A stretch of 63,566 nt of DNA, the filler included, from Lama guanicoe (lineage: Eukaryota), in NCBI GenBank assembly GCA_013239625.1. It is 143 parts of 143 records of this genome, joined end to end, with 100 filler letters (N's around TTAATTAATTAA, not from the genome) between each part and the next. Parts side by side here need not be neighbours in the genome. Positions count along the whole stretch, not along the records: positions 36,457 to 36,802 come from PNXV01057347.1; positions 36,903 to 37,247 come from PNXV01057348.1; positions 37,348 to 37,693 come from PNXV01057349.1; positions 37,794 to 38,139 come from PNXV01057350.1; positions 38,240 to 38,585 come from PNXV01057351.1; positions 38,686 to 39,031 come from PNXV01057352.1; positions 39,132 to 39,477 come from PNXV01057353.1; positions 39,578 to 39,922 come from PNXV01057354.1; 135 more parts are not named here. One strand, given 5' to 3'. Shown here piece by piece: positions 36,357-49,733 of the stretch. Made by a program: the position numbers and the translations under genes. The notes under the pieces were generated by a model that ran no database searches, was not told the origin of the DNA, and saw only the letters and a program-made list of their open reading frames with translations. Every line of letters starts with the position of its first letter. Within the stretch, counting starts at the first letter, position 1.

Positions 36357-36456
36357 NNNNNNNNNNNNNNNNNNNNNNNNNNNNNNNNNNNNNNNNNNNN
36401 TTAATTAATTAANNNNNNNNNNNNNNNNNNNNNNNNNNNNNNNNNNNNNNNNNNNN

Positions 36457-36802
36457 GGCATGATCCATGAAAGAAAGAACTGATAAGCTGGACTTCATTA
36501 AAATTAGTAATTTCTGCTCTGTGAAAGACAGTCTCAAGAGAATGAGAAGAAAAGCCATAGACCAAGAGAAAATATTTGCAAAAGACATATCTGATGAAGG
36601 AATGGTATCTAAAATATACAAATAACTTAAAAATCGACAATAAGAAAACAAACAGCCTACTTAAAAAATGGATAAAAGATCTGAACACCAAAGAAGGTAT
36701 GCTGATGGCAAATAAGCATTTGGAAAGGTGCTCCACATCACATGTGATTAGGGAAATGCAAATCAAAACAACAAGGAGATACTACTACAAGCCTCTTAGA
36801 AT
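36457..36802 (+). mobile_element. LINE-1 ORF2 C-terminal fossil
   Basis: ORF-track peptide LKKWIKDLN..ANKHLERCSTSHVIREMQIKTTRRY corresponds to L1 ORF2p ANKHMKKCSxSLxIREMQIKTTMRYH. Confidence 0.92.
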
Positions 36803-37399
36803 NNNNNNNNNNNNNNNNNNNNNNNNNNNNNNNNNNNNNNNNNNNNTTAATTAATTAANNNNNNNNNNNNNNNNNNNNNNNNNNNNNNNNNNNNNNNNNN
36901 NNTATCTTCTAGGGACTGTGGTGAAAAAGAATATGAAAACGAGTACGTCATGTATGACTGAAGCACTGTGCTGTACTGTGAAAGACAATTGAAGACTTTG
37001 TCACACAGGAGAGAAGGCTGAGGACAGGGAGTGCAAAGAGCAGTCCAGGCAGCAGGACTAAGTCAGGGCAGAACACATGACAGAACGACATCTTCAGATG
37101 CCAAGAGACACATCACAGGAACGTCCATATATTTTTCCTTCTAAGCCATCACTCAGGAGTAAAAGCAAAATAACATCATTTTCAGATTGAAGTACCTAAG
37201 AGAGTTTGCCACTGTCAGGCTGTCACTGAGAGTGAGGAAGGATGGATNNNNNNNNNNNNNNNNNNNNNNNNNNNNNNNNNNNNNNNNNNNNTTAATTAAT
37301 TAANNNNNNNNNNNNNNNNNNNNNNNNNNNNNNNNNNNNNNNNNNNNTGTAATCTTATGATACATCTCATATGGTCATATTATGAAAATGAAAAATGTA

Positions 37400-37445
37400 A
37401 AGAGGATAACAGTAAATGACATTTTAAAAACTTTTATTAACAAAG
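37400..37445 (-). terminator. Candidate cleavage/polyadenylation signal at the end of a 3'UTR
   Basis: Minus strand: GC-rich UTR-like sequence grades into AATAAA (37438-37433), followed by U/GU-rich downstream sequence. Host gene unknown. Confidence 0.35.
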
Positions 37446-38239
37446 GTTTGTTTAAACCTTTAAAGTGTGATATCTTCACACTTAATGTTCCTCCACAAAT
37501 TAAAAAACCGTTCAGTTCTGAGTCTGTCGCCGTGAATCCCAAACCCCCTCTGTTACGCGTCTGCGCGCCACGGCCACAAATGAAGACGGACGCAGGTGCG
37601 CTGTGCCGGCAGCTCGGGTGCCACCAGGGCATTGCTGGAACGGCGAACGGCTCTCGCCAAAGTTCCCAACAACACAAAGCACAATTTTCCCTCNNNNNNN
37701 NNNNNNNNNNNNNNNNNNNNNNNNNNNNNNNNNNNNNTTAATTAATTAANNNNNNNNNNNNNNNNNNNNNNNNNNNNNNNNNNNNNNNNNNNNACTGCTT
37801 AACCTTTATTTGATACCAGTTTAATTCACTCCAGAAAGAAACCCTAGGGAAGTAAGGGTCCTCAAAAGCCCATAACTCATCGACTCGTCGTACCTGTATT
37901 TCAGGTACGTCTTAATGAGGCCTTGTGAGTGTAACTTGGGAAAGCTTCCACCCAGTAGAGGTTTCACCCTAGAGAGTAATCCGGGAGTAACAGAAAAGAA
38001 AAGGCTGCTTTCAGGCTTTGGTTCTTCCCAGCCTTGAAGCCTTAAGTACGTAAAGGGTCCCCTCCCCACCTTTGCTTCTCTTTTCCAATGAGGCCATGAC
38101 TGCCACGTGGAGCCAGTAGGTTTGCAAAAAAAAAAAAAANNNNNNNNNNNNNNNNNNNNNNNNNNNNNNNNNNNNNNNNNNNNTTAATTAATTAANNNNN
38201 NNNNNNNNNNNNNNNNNNNNNNNNNNNNNNNNNNNNNNN

Positions 38240-38585
38240 TATGATACACCACATTAACAAACTGAAGAATAAGAACCATATGATCATCTCAATAGCCGCA
38301 GAAAAAGCTTTTGATAGAACTCAGCATCTATTTATGAAAAAAACTATCTAAAAAGTGACATAGACCGAACATACCTCAATATAATAAAGACCATATATGA
38401 CAAACCCACAATTCACTTTATACTTAATGGTGAAAAGCTGAAAGCATTTCCTCTATGATCAGGTACAAGACAAGGATGCCCACTCTTGCCACTCTTATTC
38501 AATATACTTTTGGAAGTCCTAGCCTTAGCAATCAGAGAAGAAAAAGATATAAAGGGAATCCAAATCAGAAAACAAGAAGTAAAAC
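38240..38585 (+). mobile_element. LINE-1 ORF2 reverse transcriptase domain fossil
   Basis: Translates [24 protein letters not shown]...[20 protein letters not shown]. It has in-frame stops, and the catalytic D of ISIDAEKAFD is changed to A. Confidence 0.95.
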
Positions 38586-39577
38586 NNNNNNNNNNNNNNN
38601 NNNNNNNNNNNNNNNNNNNNNNNNNNNNNTTAATTAATTAANNNNNNNNNNNNNNNNNNNNNNNNNNNNNNNNNNNNNNNNNNNNCTGAGTACTTGACAA
38701 CATTTGTTAGACAAAAAGGTCTAACAAAGGGGAAAGTGAGGTAAATTGTTACAGTTATAAAAAGGAATAACATGTAACTACTCAAATACTATTAGCATTA
38801 TAAAAATGGTAACATCAGCATATTAAGTAATAAAATTATAATTCAAAAAGTCGATTTCACAATCATATCAATCATGTAAAATATATACACTAAGGAAAAA
38901 ATAGTAATACATTTAGACCTAAAAGAAGCTTCAATCAGAGGTGCCTCAGAGGCTCCCCTTCCCCACCTCTCAAAAAGTAGTCTGACACTTTTTTCTCAAT
39001 GAAATGCTCGTGTGCACAGACACAGGTCACTNNNNNNNNNNNNNNNNNNNNNNNNNNNNNNNNNNNNNNNNNNNNTTAATTAATTAANNNNNNNNNNNNN
39101 NNNNNNNNNNNNNNNNNNNNNNNNNNNNNNNGGGGCGAGGTGTTTGGAGCTAGAATTCTGTTCTCAGCCACCTTACCAATCAAGTCTGATGACAAAATAA
39201 AGATATTTTTGGATGCATAAAAATGTAGGAAGTTTATATAATAGGATGTATTTCTGCAGCATGAGCAAGGGTGAGTTAAGAAGCTAGAAAGAAGGTACGT
39301 GTCAGTAGGCGTGGGTGCCTGAGGCACCTCCACTTGGAAGGGGTGTATGTTACCCAGTCCTCATGTGTCACTCTTGTTGGTTCTAAAGCGAATGATACCT
39401 ACACGTTTGGTTTTCTGTTCTTAGAATCAACCCAAATGGACAAAGCCCAGAAGACTAACTTAATAATCTAAAGGGAANNNNNNNNNNNNNNNNNNNNNNN
39501 NNNNNNNNNNNNNNNNNNNNNTTAATTAATTAANNNNNNNNNNNNNNNNNNNNNNNNNNNNNNNNNNNNNNNNNNNN

Positions 39578-39605
<28 letters not shown>
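39578..39605. repeat. (TA)n microsatellite at the contig edge
   Basis: About 14 TA units, truncated by the gap. Confidence 0.9.
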
Positions 39606-39610
<5 letters not shown>

Positions 39611-42477
39611 TTTTACCCCTGTACAACATTGTATAGCCAACTTGGGTGATGGGAAAGAAGAAGGGATGCAGTAAGTTGAGTCTGGTTGTCATAGCGTCCC
39701 TGAACCACAAAGGTCCAGTGGTTATCCCTTCAGATTGTTCCTATACTGTTGGTTTTTATCCACCTGTAGAGTTAAAAATCAGAAACAAAATCAAAATTTT
39801 AGGGATGGTCACATTGGTTACTGTTTGAGGCTGTTACATAAGTATATTGAAAATTAACAACAGCAGTTACTACCTACTAGTAATGCCTTTCATCGAGTTA
39901 CAGTAATACACCAAAAAAAAAANNNNNNNNNNNNNNNNNNNNNNNNNNNNNNNNNNNNNNNNNNNNTTAATTAATTAANNNNNNNNNNNNNNNNNNNNNN
40001 NNNNNNNNNNNNNNNNNNNNNNTAAGAGGAAATGAGTTTATTCTTTTTGAGTGTCATAAAAGGCCAGCTTATCCCTAATAAAATTAATGAGATAATTAGG
40101 TTAAATGATGTCACACATTTTACCTGATTTCATTCTGCTGTACTAACGGTCTGTGTGCACATTACTCTTCCACTGCCGAACGGCAGATGAGCGTCTTTAA
40201 CTCTTTTCTCTGGAAATTAGTACTGAGGCCAGGGGAGAGCAAGCCTAAAGCAGGCACACATCTACCAAAGCTGGCTGCCAACATTTTTAATGCTTATTGA
40301 AGATTTATGCTTCTTTAGGCTGTGAATGAAGCTCTTAACTTGAAAAAGCTATTCATCTACCTCAAAGANNNNNNNNNNNNNNNNNNNNNNNNNNNNNNNN
40401 NNNNNNNNNNNNTTAATTAATTAANNNNNNNNNNNNNNNNNNNNNNNNNNNNNNNNNNNNNNNNNNNNTTACAGAGTAGGTGTTTGTTTAACTTAATTAC
40501 CAATTGCAACATCAGCATGTTAAGGGCAGTTGTTAAAATATTTTATGTCCACTCTGGACAAGCAGTAAGAGTTCAAACCCCTGTAACACCATGGAATCAA
40601 CAAGTTGGCTGTTATTTCTGAATTTTTGATAGTGTGTTTTATTCATTTATTTTTGATAAACATTTAACAGAGGAAGAAAATCAGGATTGTCATATGTGTG
40701 ACCCTAGAAACTCAGGCTGCCTCATCACAGGTGGACTGTGAACAAGGATGCTTTTCTTAATGAGGGGAGTTGCACCCAAGCTTACTTTCAGATGCTTGGG
40801 TGCACCTCTCTTTCNNNNNNNNNNNNNNNNNNNNNNNNNNNNNNNNNNNNNNNNNNNNTTAATTAATTAANNNNNNNNNNNNNNNNNNNNNNNNNNNNNN
40901 NNNNNNNNNNNNNNGTTTAATTCTCCATTCTCCAAATCATTAAAAATGGGTCCCTTTCCTGAAGGTTTTCTGACAAAGAGAAACTCAGCTCTCTTTAATT
41001 AAATCCACTGGCCTGAAACAGCAAAGAGAAGTAAACTCAGGGGATTCCAACAGGAAGAGACTGCTTAGATCAAAGGAGATGCTCACGTGGTACGAAGATC
41101 AGAAAATGAATTAGAAAAGTCTCTGGAGAAAACTGAAAGTTTAGCAACCCACAGCCTTCCAGGCTAAATTTGGCTGCACCATTTATTAGCTAGATGACTA
41201 AGTACAAGTTATGCTTCACCCTTCTGAGCATGAATGCCCTCATCAATAATAAGATGATACNNNNNNNNNNNNNNNNNNNNNNNNNNNNNNNNNNNNNNNN
41301 NNNNTTAATTAATTAANNNNNNNNNNNNNNNNNNNNNNNNNNNNNNNNNNNNNNNNNNNNAAAAAAAAAAGCTTTATTATGTTGATCAAGAGTGCTGGAG
41401 AAAGAACACAGTGTTGCTTCTGTGGGACGTCAGAAGCTGGTCCTAACTGAGACTGCAGAGCTAATGCCAGGTAGACGGCTGGGCTGTCCTGAGAATGGGG
41501 CAGGTCATCCTCAGGGGTTCCATCTCAAGGGTTTCAGAACTGGAAGCAAGACTCAAATACCTTAAGATTATTTCTCATCATAGCTGAATGGACACAGTTT
41601 GCTAGGTCAAGAATAAAAGGGGCTTTTGTTTAATTTTGGTACAGAGGTTCTCTCAAATTTGCTAAGCTCAGTGGTTTAGTAGTCTTTCCAGAAAATGACC
41701 CTTTGTNNNNNNNNNNNNNNNNNNNNNNNNNNNNNNNNNNNNNNNNNNNNTTAATTAATTAANNNNNNNNNNNNNNNNNNNNNNNNNNNNNNNNNNNNNN
41801 NNNNNNTTTGTTAAACAAACTACAGAGATAGCAATGCCTTTCCACTGGTTAACTCAGTTTATTTTACAGCCTCAGTGCGGTGGTTACAGTAAACTTTTTT
41901 ATTTTTGTTTCTACCACTCTGTTATTCTATCTGCTCTAATTTATGCTGATCAGAAGATTTAAGGAGGTGGATCTGTAAGTAAGGAGAATGTCATGAAGAG
42001 AACCAAGGGTGTGTATAACTGGGTGCATGGATCCTAAAGCTGTAAAATCCTAATGAGCACTTTCCCGAGGTATTTATAGGCCTCGGAGTGGCCTCCTCTG
42101 TGGGATTTCCACTCTGCTTCCTGGCACGAGGTGTAGTTATGAACCTGCTTCTNNNNNNNNNNNNNNNNNNNNNNNNNNNNNNNNNNNNNNNNNNNNTTAA
42201 TTAATTAANNNNNNNNNNNNNNNNNNNNNNNNNNNNNNNNNNNNNNNNNNNNCACCTCCGCCTCACACTGCAATGTGCTATGTGGCACCGTGATCTGAAC
42301 ACTCAGAAGGAACATGGCGACTGTTGTCACTCTCCTGCTGGTCTCCTGGAGGCCTCGCCTCCTGATAAATGGACTTAGCAGACAACTTCCTCTGAGAGAA
42401 GTTCTGGGGGAAGCTTTCCTCAGCATTCCGGTCAACGTCTCAGTGCCTCTTTCAGCACTCTGTTGCCGGGCACGTCC

Positions 42478-42598
42478 TTATTTTTAAAAGCTGTGATAAA
42501 ATATACATAACATAAAATTTACCATTTTAACCACTTTTGAGTATACAGCTAGTGGTTGAGTGTATTCAGATTGTTGTGCAACCATCACCACTCTCCAT
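42478..42598 (-). mobile_element. LINE-1 (L1MB-like) 3' terminus
   Basis: GATAAAATATACATAACATAAAATTTACCATTTTAACCA.TTTT.AGT.TACAG...GTTGTGCAACCATCACCACT. Confidence 0.85.
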
Positions 42599-45500
42599 NN
42601 NNNNNNNNNNNNNNNNNNNNNNNNNNNNNNNNNNNNNNNNNNTTAATTAATTAANNNNNNNNNNNNNNNNNNNNNNNNNNNNNNNNNNNNNNNNNNNNGT
42701 GTGTAAACTTGGGCAAGTTATGTAAATCTTAAATGTGTTTACTTACATGTAGGATGATCTAATACCTTTCTCACTGGGTAATAGCAAAGTTGGAATGGAG
42801 GGCATTTGAAACACTTAGCAAAGTACCTAGCATCTAGAAAGCTCTTAAAGGTAGCTCCCATGACTTAACAGCATCCGCTTTACAGAGTATCTTCCAGGTC
42901 CAGGACTATGGTTCATTTTCCAGACTGCAATCAGTTGGCTTCATTTTACAAACTGGGAAATTTCTGTTGTCACCTGATTAAAACCAGTATTTCTACCACA
43001 CACACCATTCTGCACCGCATAGAGTTATTATTTTTCTCTCTCCTNNNNNNNNNNNNNNNNNNNNNNNNNNNNNNNNNNNNNNNNNNNNTTAATTAATTAA
43101 NNNNNNNNNNNNNNNNNNNNNNNNNNNNNNNNNNNNNNNNNNNNATGTGTCCCCTTCTAGAACAAACCCTCTGCTTTTGAGTCTGGCAATGCTCAAGATC
43201 ATGACTGCTCCATCAGCCTAGATCCTGCAGTGAGAAGGTGTGAAGTGAAGAGGACCCAGCAACTGGCAATCAAGCAGCATGAGCAACATATAAACCTTTG
43301 GTATTTTATGTCATTTGGATTCTGACATAATCTAGCATACTTTAATTGATCCAAGAATTGATGCTGAGAGATGGAGTGACTGGTAGACAAGAAAGATGAT
43401 TTTGGAAGCTGTTTCACGTGGATAACTTTAACAGAACTGTCACCTACAATAACTTGAAAGGCAGATAATGAAGTTAGTAAGCTTGGTGCTNNNNNNNNNN
43501 NNNNNNNNNNNNNNNNNNNNNNNNNNNNNNNNNNTTAATTAATTAANNNNNNNNNNNNNNNNNNNNNNNNNNNNNNNNNNNNNNNNNNNNTTACTGTGGG
43601 CCTGGGGCATCTCTTGAAGGACAGTCCTTGTTCCTGGATTTTGCAAAGCTGATGAGGACAGTGATTTTTCTGGTGGGACAGGACAAGCCTTACTTCCTAC
43701 TGTGCAGAATTGGGATGGTTAATTAACTAATTAATTAACCCTTGGCCCCAGTCATATGTGCATATAAATCTGAACTTGGCATCTCTGGATGGATGTGTAA
43801 AAGGCACTTCTAACTCATCCAGACCAGACAGACTTGGCACTTCTTAGCCACCTCCCTCCCTCCCTTCATCACGTGCAGAAGACAAAATAAAACCAAACCA
43901 ACAGCCACACGGACACAGCAGACTCTAATCTCTCACNNNNNNNNNNNNNNNNNNNNNNNNNNNNNNNNNNNNNNNNNNNNTTAATTAATTAANNNNNNNN
44001 NNNNNNNNNNNNNNNNNNNNNNNNNNNNNNNNNNNNTGAAAATGCAAATATACAGATTATGTATTCCAGAATCCCCATATAAAATCATTTGTACACAATA
44101 CTAACTGAAAACACAAGATTTAAAAGCAGAAATGAAATACACTCCTCAATCCCTGACGCAGCAACCACACAAAAGGGATGCAACATCTTAGTAAAAAGCA
44201 AAGAATTCTTAGGCTAAAATTTAAAATTTCATAGTAATCAAGATTTTTAAAAGTCCATATGGTTAAAGATGTGACTTTAAATTTTGAAAGTATTGTTATT
44301 TATACTAAGACCACTGCCAAATGCTAACAAAATTGCATGCAAACTCCTATATATTTTTTACTTTAAAAACTAAAAATTTTTTNNNNNNNNNNNNNNNNNN
44401 NNNNNNNNNNNNNNNNNNNNNNNNNNTTAATTAATTAANNNNNNNNNNNNNNNNNNNNNNNNNNNNNNNNNNNNNNNNNNNNTCCCCCTCTCCCTCTCCC
44501 TCCCTCATGGCAACAGAGATTATGACTCCAGGGATCCTGGACTCCAGGGATCCTGCTCACCCGGGAAGAGCCCACCATCCCAGTGCAGCAGGCTGCAATG
44601 CCAGTGACACTGCAGCAGGAAGGCACCAGTGACCCTGGAGGCACAGGAAGCAGTAGCAAGGACACAGGTCCACAACTCTGACAGATGTGGTGGAGGGTAG
44701 AAAGTGCCAGCTCTCAGACATAGTCAGAGGCAGCTCAGATAACAAAAGTCAGAAACTAGTGCTAGAGTGCCACCTCCTGGAAAACAAAAGAAAGACCTCA
44801 AATTTCTAACCTGTTGCATTGTTAGAATNNNNNNNNNNNNNNNNNNNNNNNNNNNNNNNNNNNNNNNNNNNNTTAATTAATTAANNNNNNNNNNNNNNNN
44901 NNNNNNNNNNNNNNNNNNNNNNNNNNNNTGTGTGTAGTGTTGCTTCCGGAGCCTAAAGTGAAGAATTTTTAAGCGCCTAATTAAAAATTTAAATTTAATG
45001 CAGAGCATACAAATGTGCCCCCTCATGCAAGAACATTTAAATGGAAATGTCTTCTTACTATTAGCAATGCCAGAAATACAATCTGCTGTTCTGAAGCTCC
45101 CAAATAATCCACAGAGTCAGGAGAAATCTGTAAAATGAGGGAAAGAGTGTGTTTAGATGAACCTTTATCTGTTTCTGAATCTCCTCTTAGATAAATTAAT
45201 GTCCATTAAATGACCTTGCCAGCCAGCACTCTATGTGGTTCTCCCTTCTGCATCAGGGGAAAGTCCATGTCTGANNNNNNNNNNNNNNNNNNNNNNNNNN
45301 NNNNNNNNNNNNNNNNNNTTAATTAATTAANNNNNNNNNNNNNNNNNNNNNNNNNNNNNNNNNNNNNNNNNNNNTGTTGATATCTGTTGGGGTACAGGGA
45401 GGCTGGAGGTTCCTATGTTATCAATTTTGGTGATGTCCTCTCTGCCATTCCCTTTATTAAATGAATCACTTGTGCTCAGTAGCAGCCATCCAACTTCTTA

Positions 45501-46266
45501 GGACTAATAGTTATCATTGCTATTACACTTCTTAAATGCCAGAGATATTGTGCTCACTGGTGCATCACCTTCAAATGGCATCACATCCCAGTTCACCACA
45601 AGTGGGGACTTTAATAATTGCTTCAATTTAGCCTTCCTGGGACTGTCAACACCTCACTACCACCTCATTGACAGCCAGCCTGTGAATGAACCAGCTTCCA
45701 CATCCTGCTGTGGGGTCTCANNNNNNNNNNNNNNNNNNNNNNNNNNNNNNNNNNNNNNNNNNNNTTAATTAATTAANNNNNNNNNNNNNNNNNNNNNNNN
45801 NNNNNNNNNNNNNNNNNNNNTTTTATTAACTGAATCAAAGAGTAACTTCTCTTTTGTGTGTCTGGCTGCATTTGCTCAACAACTTTATAAGATCCAAACA
45901 TACTTTCTATGCCTCAAAAATGTAACTGTTTTATAGCTGAGTAGCATCCCCACTGTGTGATTATATCATGGTTGTTTTATCTGATGTTAGATGTTTGCTA
46001 TTATGAATAAAACCGCCAAAAAACTTTCTGTACAAGTCACTTAATTGTGTGTACAATTACCACCACATCATTAGCACCTTCATAACACCTCCATCATGTC
46101 ACATAGTTATTTTGTTTTTGAGGTGAGAAAATTTAAGATCTACTCTCTTAGCAACTTTCCGTTACANNNNNNNNNNNNNNNNNNNNNNNNNNNNNNNNNN
46201 NNNNNNNNNNTTAATTAATTAANNNNNNNNNNNNNNNNNNNNNNNNNNNNNNNNNNNNNNNNNNNN

Positions 46267-46612
46267 CCCCCAGAGTAAAATCCAAACTCCATACTCCAAG
46301 CACCAAAACTGTCCCTAATCTAGCTGTGTACTGTGTATTTTACCCCGTCTTCTACCTCTCTCCTTTTACCCTGTGCAGGCTGGCCTTCTTGTTGTCACTT
46401 GAAAGCATCAAGTTCTTTTCCAACCTTAAGAATTTTGTGTTGCTGTTGCCTTTGTCTGAAACATTCGTCACCATCAAAGCTTCCTCATTTCATTCAGATC
46501 AGATCTCTGCTTAATTGTCACTTTTTCAGGAAGGTCTTCCTTCAAGATTCCATTTAAAACAGCTCCAGATTTGCTCTCCCCTTATCCTGCCTTGTTTTCC
46601 CACATAACATTT
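46267..46612 (+). mobile_element. L2 LINE fossil
   Basis: CAGAGTAAAATCCAAACTCC...TTGCTGTTGCC..TGTCTGAAAC...TCATTCAGATC..TGCTTAA.TGTCAC.TT.TCAGGAAGGTCTTCC. Confidence 0.7.
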
Positions 46613-48049
46613 NNNNNNNNNNNNNNNNNNNNNNNNNNNNNNNNNNNNNNNNNNNNTTAATTAATTAANNNNNNNNNNNNNNNNNNNNNNNNNNNNNNNN
46701 NNNNNNNNNNNNAAGAAGAGGGAAAACCAATTCGGACAGGTCCCACAGGGGATAGCAGCAAAGAAGGACTGGTGCTCATTCACTGGGTGTCCCCTCTCCA
46801 ACTGAGAGTTCGGCGGGATGGAGGGGGAGCCTCCAAGAATTGGACCTCTATACAGTATAAGTTGACTGACTGTCCTAAGTTAAACAGGCACAGAGGATCC
46901 CTGTGACACCCTGCCCAAGAGGCATCCTGACAGCTGGGGGCAGGGCCATGCTGCCCGAGCTGGTTTGAAGGTGAGGATGGCTGCACTGAGGCAGCCCAGG
47001 GGAATGGAATGGGCTGTGAGCCATTGCTGTGGGTGCACAGGGCAGAACAATCTGGGCTNNNNNNNNNNNNNNNNNNNNNNNNNNNNNNNNNNNNNNNNNN
47101 NNTTAATTAATTAANNNNNNNNNNNNNNNNNNNNNNNNNNNNNNNNNNNNNNNNNNNNGTTACTGAGTGAGGCTCTTGGTCGCTCTGATGGTGGGGAGGC
47201 TCATTGCGGGTCACAAACACTGAGTACTGGGTGCCAGGAGCTTCACCTGCCTTGTCTTATTTAAGCTGCACCCCTGCCAGGTAGGTGTCATCCTCCTCAG
47301 AGGGAGTCGGTAAGAGAAATATGCTCGCTCAGGTGTGCTGACTTCAAAGGCCGCCCCGCCCCATCCAGCCCACGGGCCCTGGGGCCACAGAGGCGTGCGC
47401 CAAGCAGAGCGTGCCCTCCCTAAGCCACCTCTCCCGTGCTCAGTGAGGAAGCTCGTGTGGACCTGATTTCTCTTCCCATCCCGTCCTGCCCCCTTCGCCA
47501 GCTCNNNNNNNNNNNNNNNNNNNNNNNNNNNNNNNNNNNNNNNNNNNNTTAATTAATTAANNNNNNNNNNNNNNNNNNNNNNNNNNNNNNNNNNNNNNNN
47601 NNNNCCTTCCCATTTCCAACACCAGAGAAGCTAGAATTAAAATAGTGATGAGGGAGAAAGGAAAAGGCAATAGACTCTCCTCTCCACCCAGACTGAGGCC
47701 TGACCAAAATCAAGCTGTCAAAAGGGTGAACGGCAGATTGATCTGAGACTGAATTTTAAACTACACCAAACAAGACTGGGCTCTTTAATACCTGACCAGG
47801 TGTGTGACCAGGACGTGACGGGAGCTGCCTGAGACCTTGCTAAGGGCTGGGGAAGGGAGATTCAGCAGAACATGTTTGAAAGAAGCAATTGAAAAGATAA
47901 CAGTACTCCCAAACTCATTCTATGAAGCCACCATCACCCTGATACCAAANNNNNNNNNNNNNNNNNNNNNNNNNNNNNNNNNNNNNNNNNNNNTTAATTA
48001 ATTAANNNNNNNNNNNNNNNNNNNNNNNNNNNNNNNNNNNNNNNNNNNN

Positions 48050-48290
48050 CTTGGTTGAGACTATACCAGATTCTTATCATTACCCAGATGACAGACAGAG
48101 CACTTCAGGAACTAAACCTTGAGTCTACATCTCCCACTTAAAAGGTTTTCTTTTGACTTGAGAAACTGCACACCAGCTGGAGACCTCCAAATCAAACCGG
48201 CAAGGGAGAGTAGTAGCTGACGTCACTGTAGACTGCTTGTGCCAACGTTGCCCGATCAAGATTTCCTACTTAAACTAAAAATAAAACTTT
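48050..48290 (+). mobile_element. ERV1-class pol C-terminus (integrase GPY/F region) fossil
   Basis: Degenerate translation YQILIIT...VYISHLK...TPAGDLQIK resembles gamma-like GPYxVLLTTxTAxKxxGxxxWIHxSHLK. Confidence 0.65.
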
Positions 48291-49387
48291 TCCTTCTCTC
48301 TTTCATTTTTTAAAATTGAGAATTGGCCTAGAACTACAACTTCATTACTCCAACCTCCCAGGCCGTTGCCAGTGGGGTAACTTTTCAAACTACTGNNNNN
48401 NNNNNNNNNNNNNNNNNNNNNNNNNNNNNNNNNNNNNNNTTAATTAATTAANNNNNNNNNNNNNNNNNNNNNNNNNNNNNNNNNNNNNNNNNNNNGCCCA
48501 GGGGACATGTGATTGGCCAAGAACAATCCAAGTGTCCAAAATGGGAACTGCAAAATAGAGGCACAGTGTCCTGCAGCCAGAGCTGGGACCTGACCACCCA
48601 GGCTCCCACAGGAAGGTGCTCCCCAGAGTGAGGGGCTTCAGAAGTGGGACAAAACAAACCAAAAACTAAACAAATAACAACAAAGATGAAACAAATATTT
48701 ACTGTGATCAGCAAAATTAGACATCTTGACAATTTCCTTTAGTATATGCCATCCCCCACCCCAATCCCCCAACAAAGCCTCATTGAGATTGTTCTGTTCA
48801 CTTCCTCTGCTCTTTAACCTCTGGAATTTAAAAAGCTTTGCNNNNNNNNNNNNNNNNNNNNNNNNNNNNNNNNNNNNNNNNNNNNTTAATTAATTAANNN
48901 NNNNNNNNNNNNNNNNNNNNNNNNNNNNNNNNNNNNNNNNNAAAAAATATTATCAAGAGTAATTATAATGATACTGTGAAGAGTTTACTTTGTGCCAAGT
49001 GTTTTGTATCTGTTGACTCTCAATTCACTATGTGCTCTCACTCAAATTAGTTATCAAATAAAATGTGCTGACAACGTGAGTCATTAAATGTGAATAATTA
49101 AATTTTTAACTATGCGTACTCATTAATGTGAGCCGTGAAAATTAGTCATAATCAAGAGTATACCACATTAACTGTTATAATATGGACTGCTGAATTTCAA
49201 GAGACTTAACTCTATTTTTCATGTTTATCTTTTTAATTTCTTTTGTTTTGCTAATTTCATAATCTTTGTTGCCAGGTCTCAAAAATTNNNNNNNNNNNNN
49301 NNNNNNNNNNNNNNNNNNNNNNNNNNNNNNNTTAATTAATTAANNNNNNNNNNNNNNNNNNNNNNNNNNNNNNNNNNNNNNNNNNNN

Positions 49388-49733
49388 GGTGAGGATAAAT
49401 ACCAGGTAAGACAGAGCCAAAGCGGAAATAATCAAACGGAAGGGAGCTCGAGAAACTCTCCCGGAGCACGATGGCAAAGGCAGGTCAAGAGAAACTATGA
49501 AAACGACGCCGAGCGAAAGTAAGGGGGAATAAGAAGGTCCCAAGTATGCTTAAGGAGGGGTTCTAGAAAGACGGCAACAAGAGGAAGAAAAGCAGTGGTC
49601 AGAGGAAAGAAAACACCTGAGAGTTTTAGAACTGATAAAAGACATGATTCCTCAGATCTAAGAAACAGAGCGATTCTTACGCAGAAGGAAATAAACTGCC
49701 GAGTGAACCTGCAGACGGCAAAGGCAAGGGGGA
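49388..49733 (+). mobile_element. Old LINE-1 ORF1 fossil, CpG-enriched
   Basis: Purine-rich. AATAAGAAGGTCC...GGTTCTAGAA...TTTTAGAACTGATAAAAGACATGA.TCCTCAGAT is typical of L1M ORF1. Confidence 0.55.
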
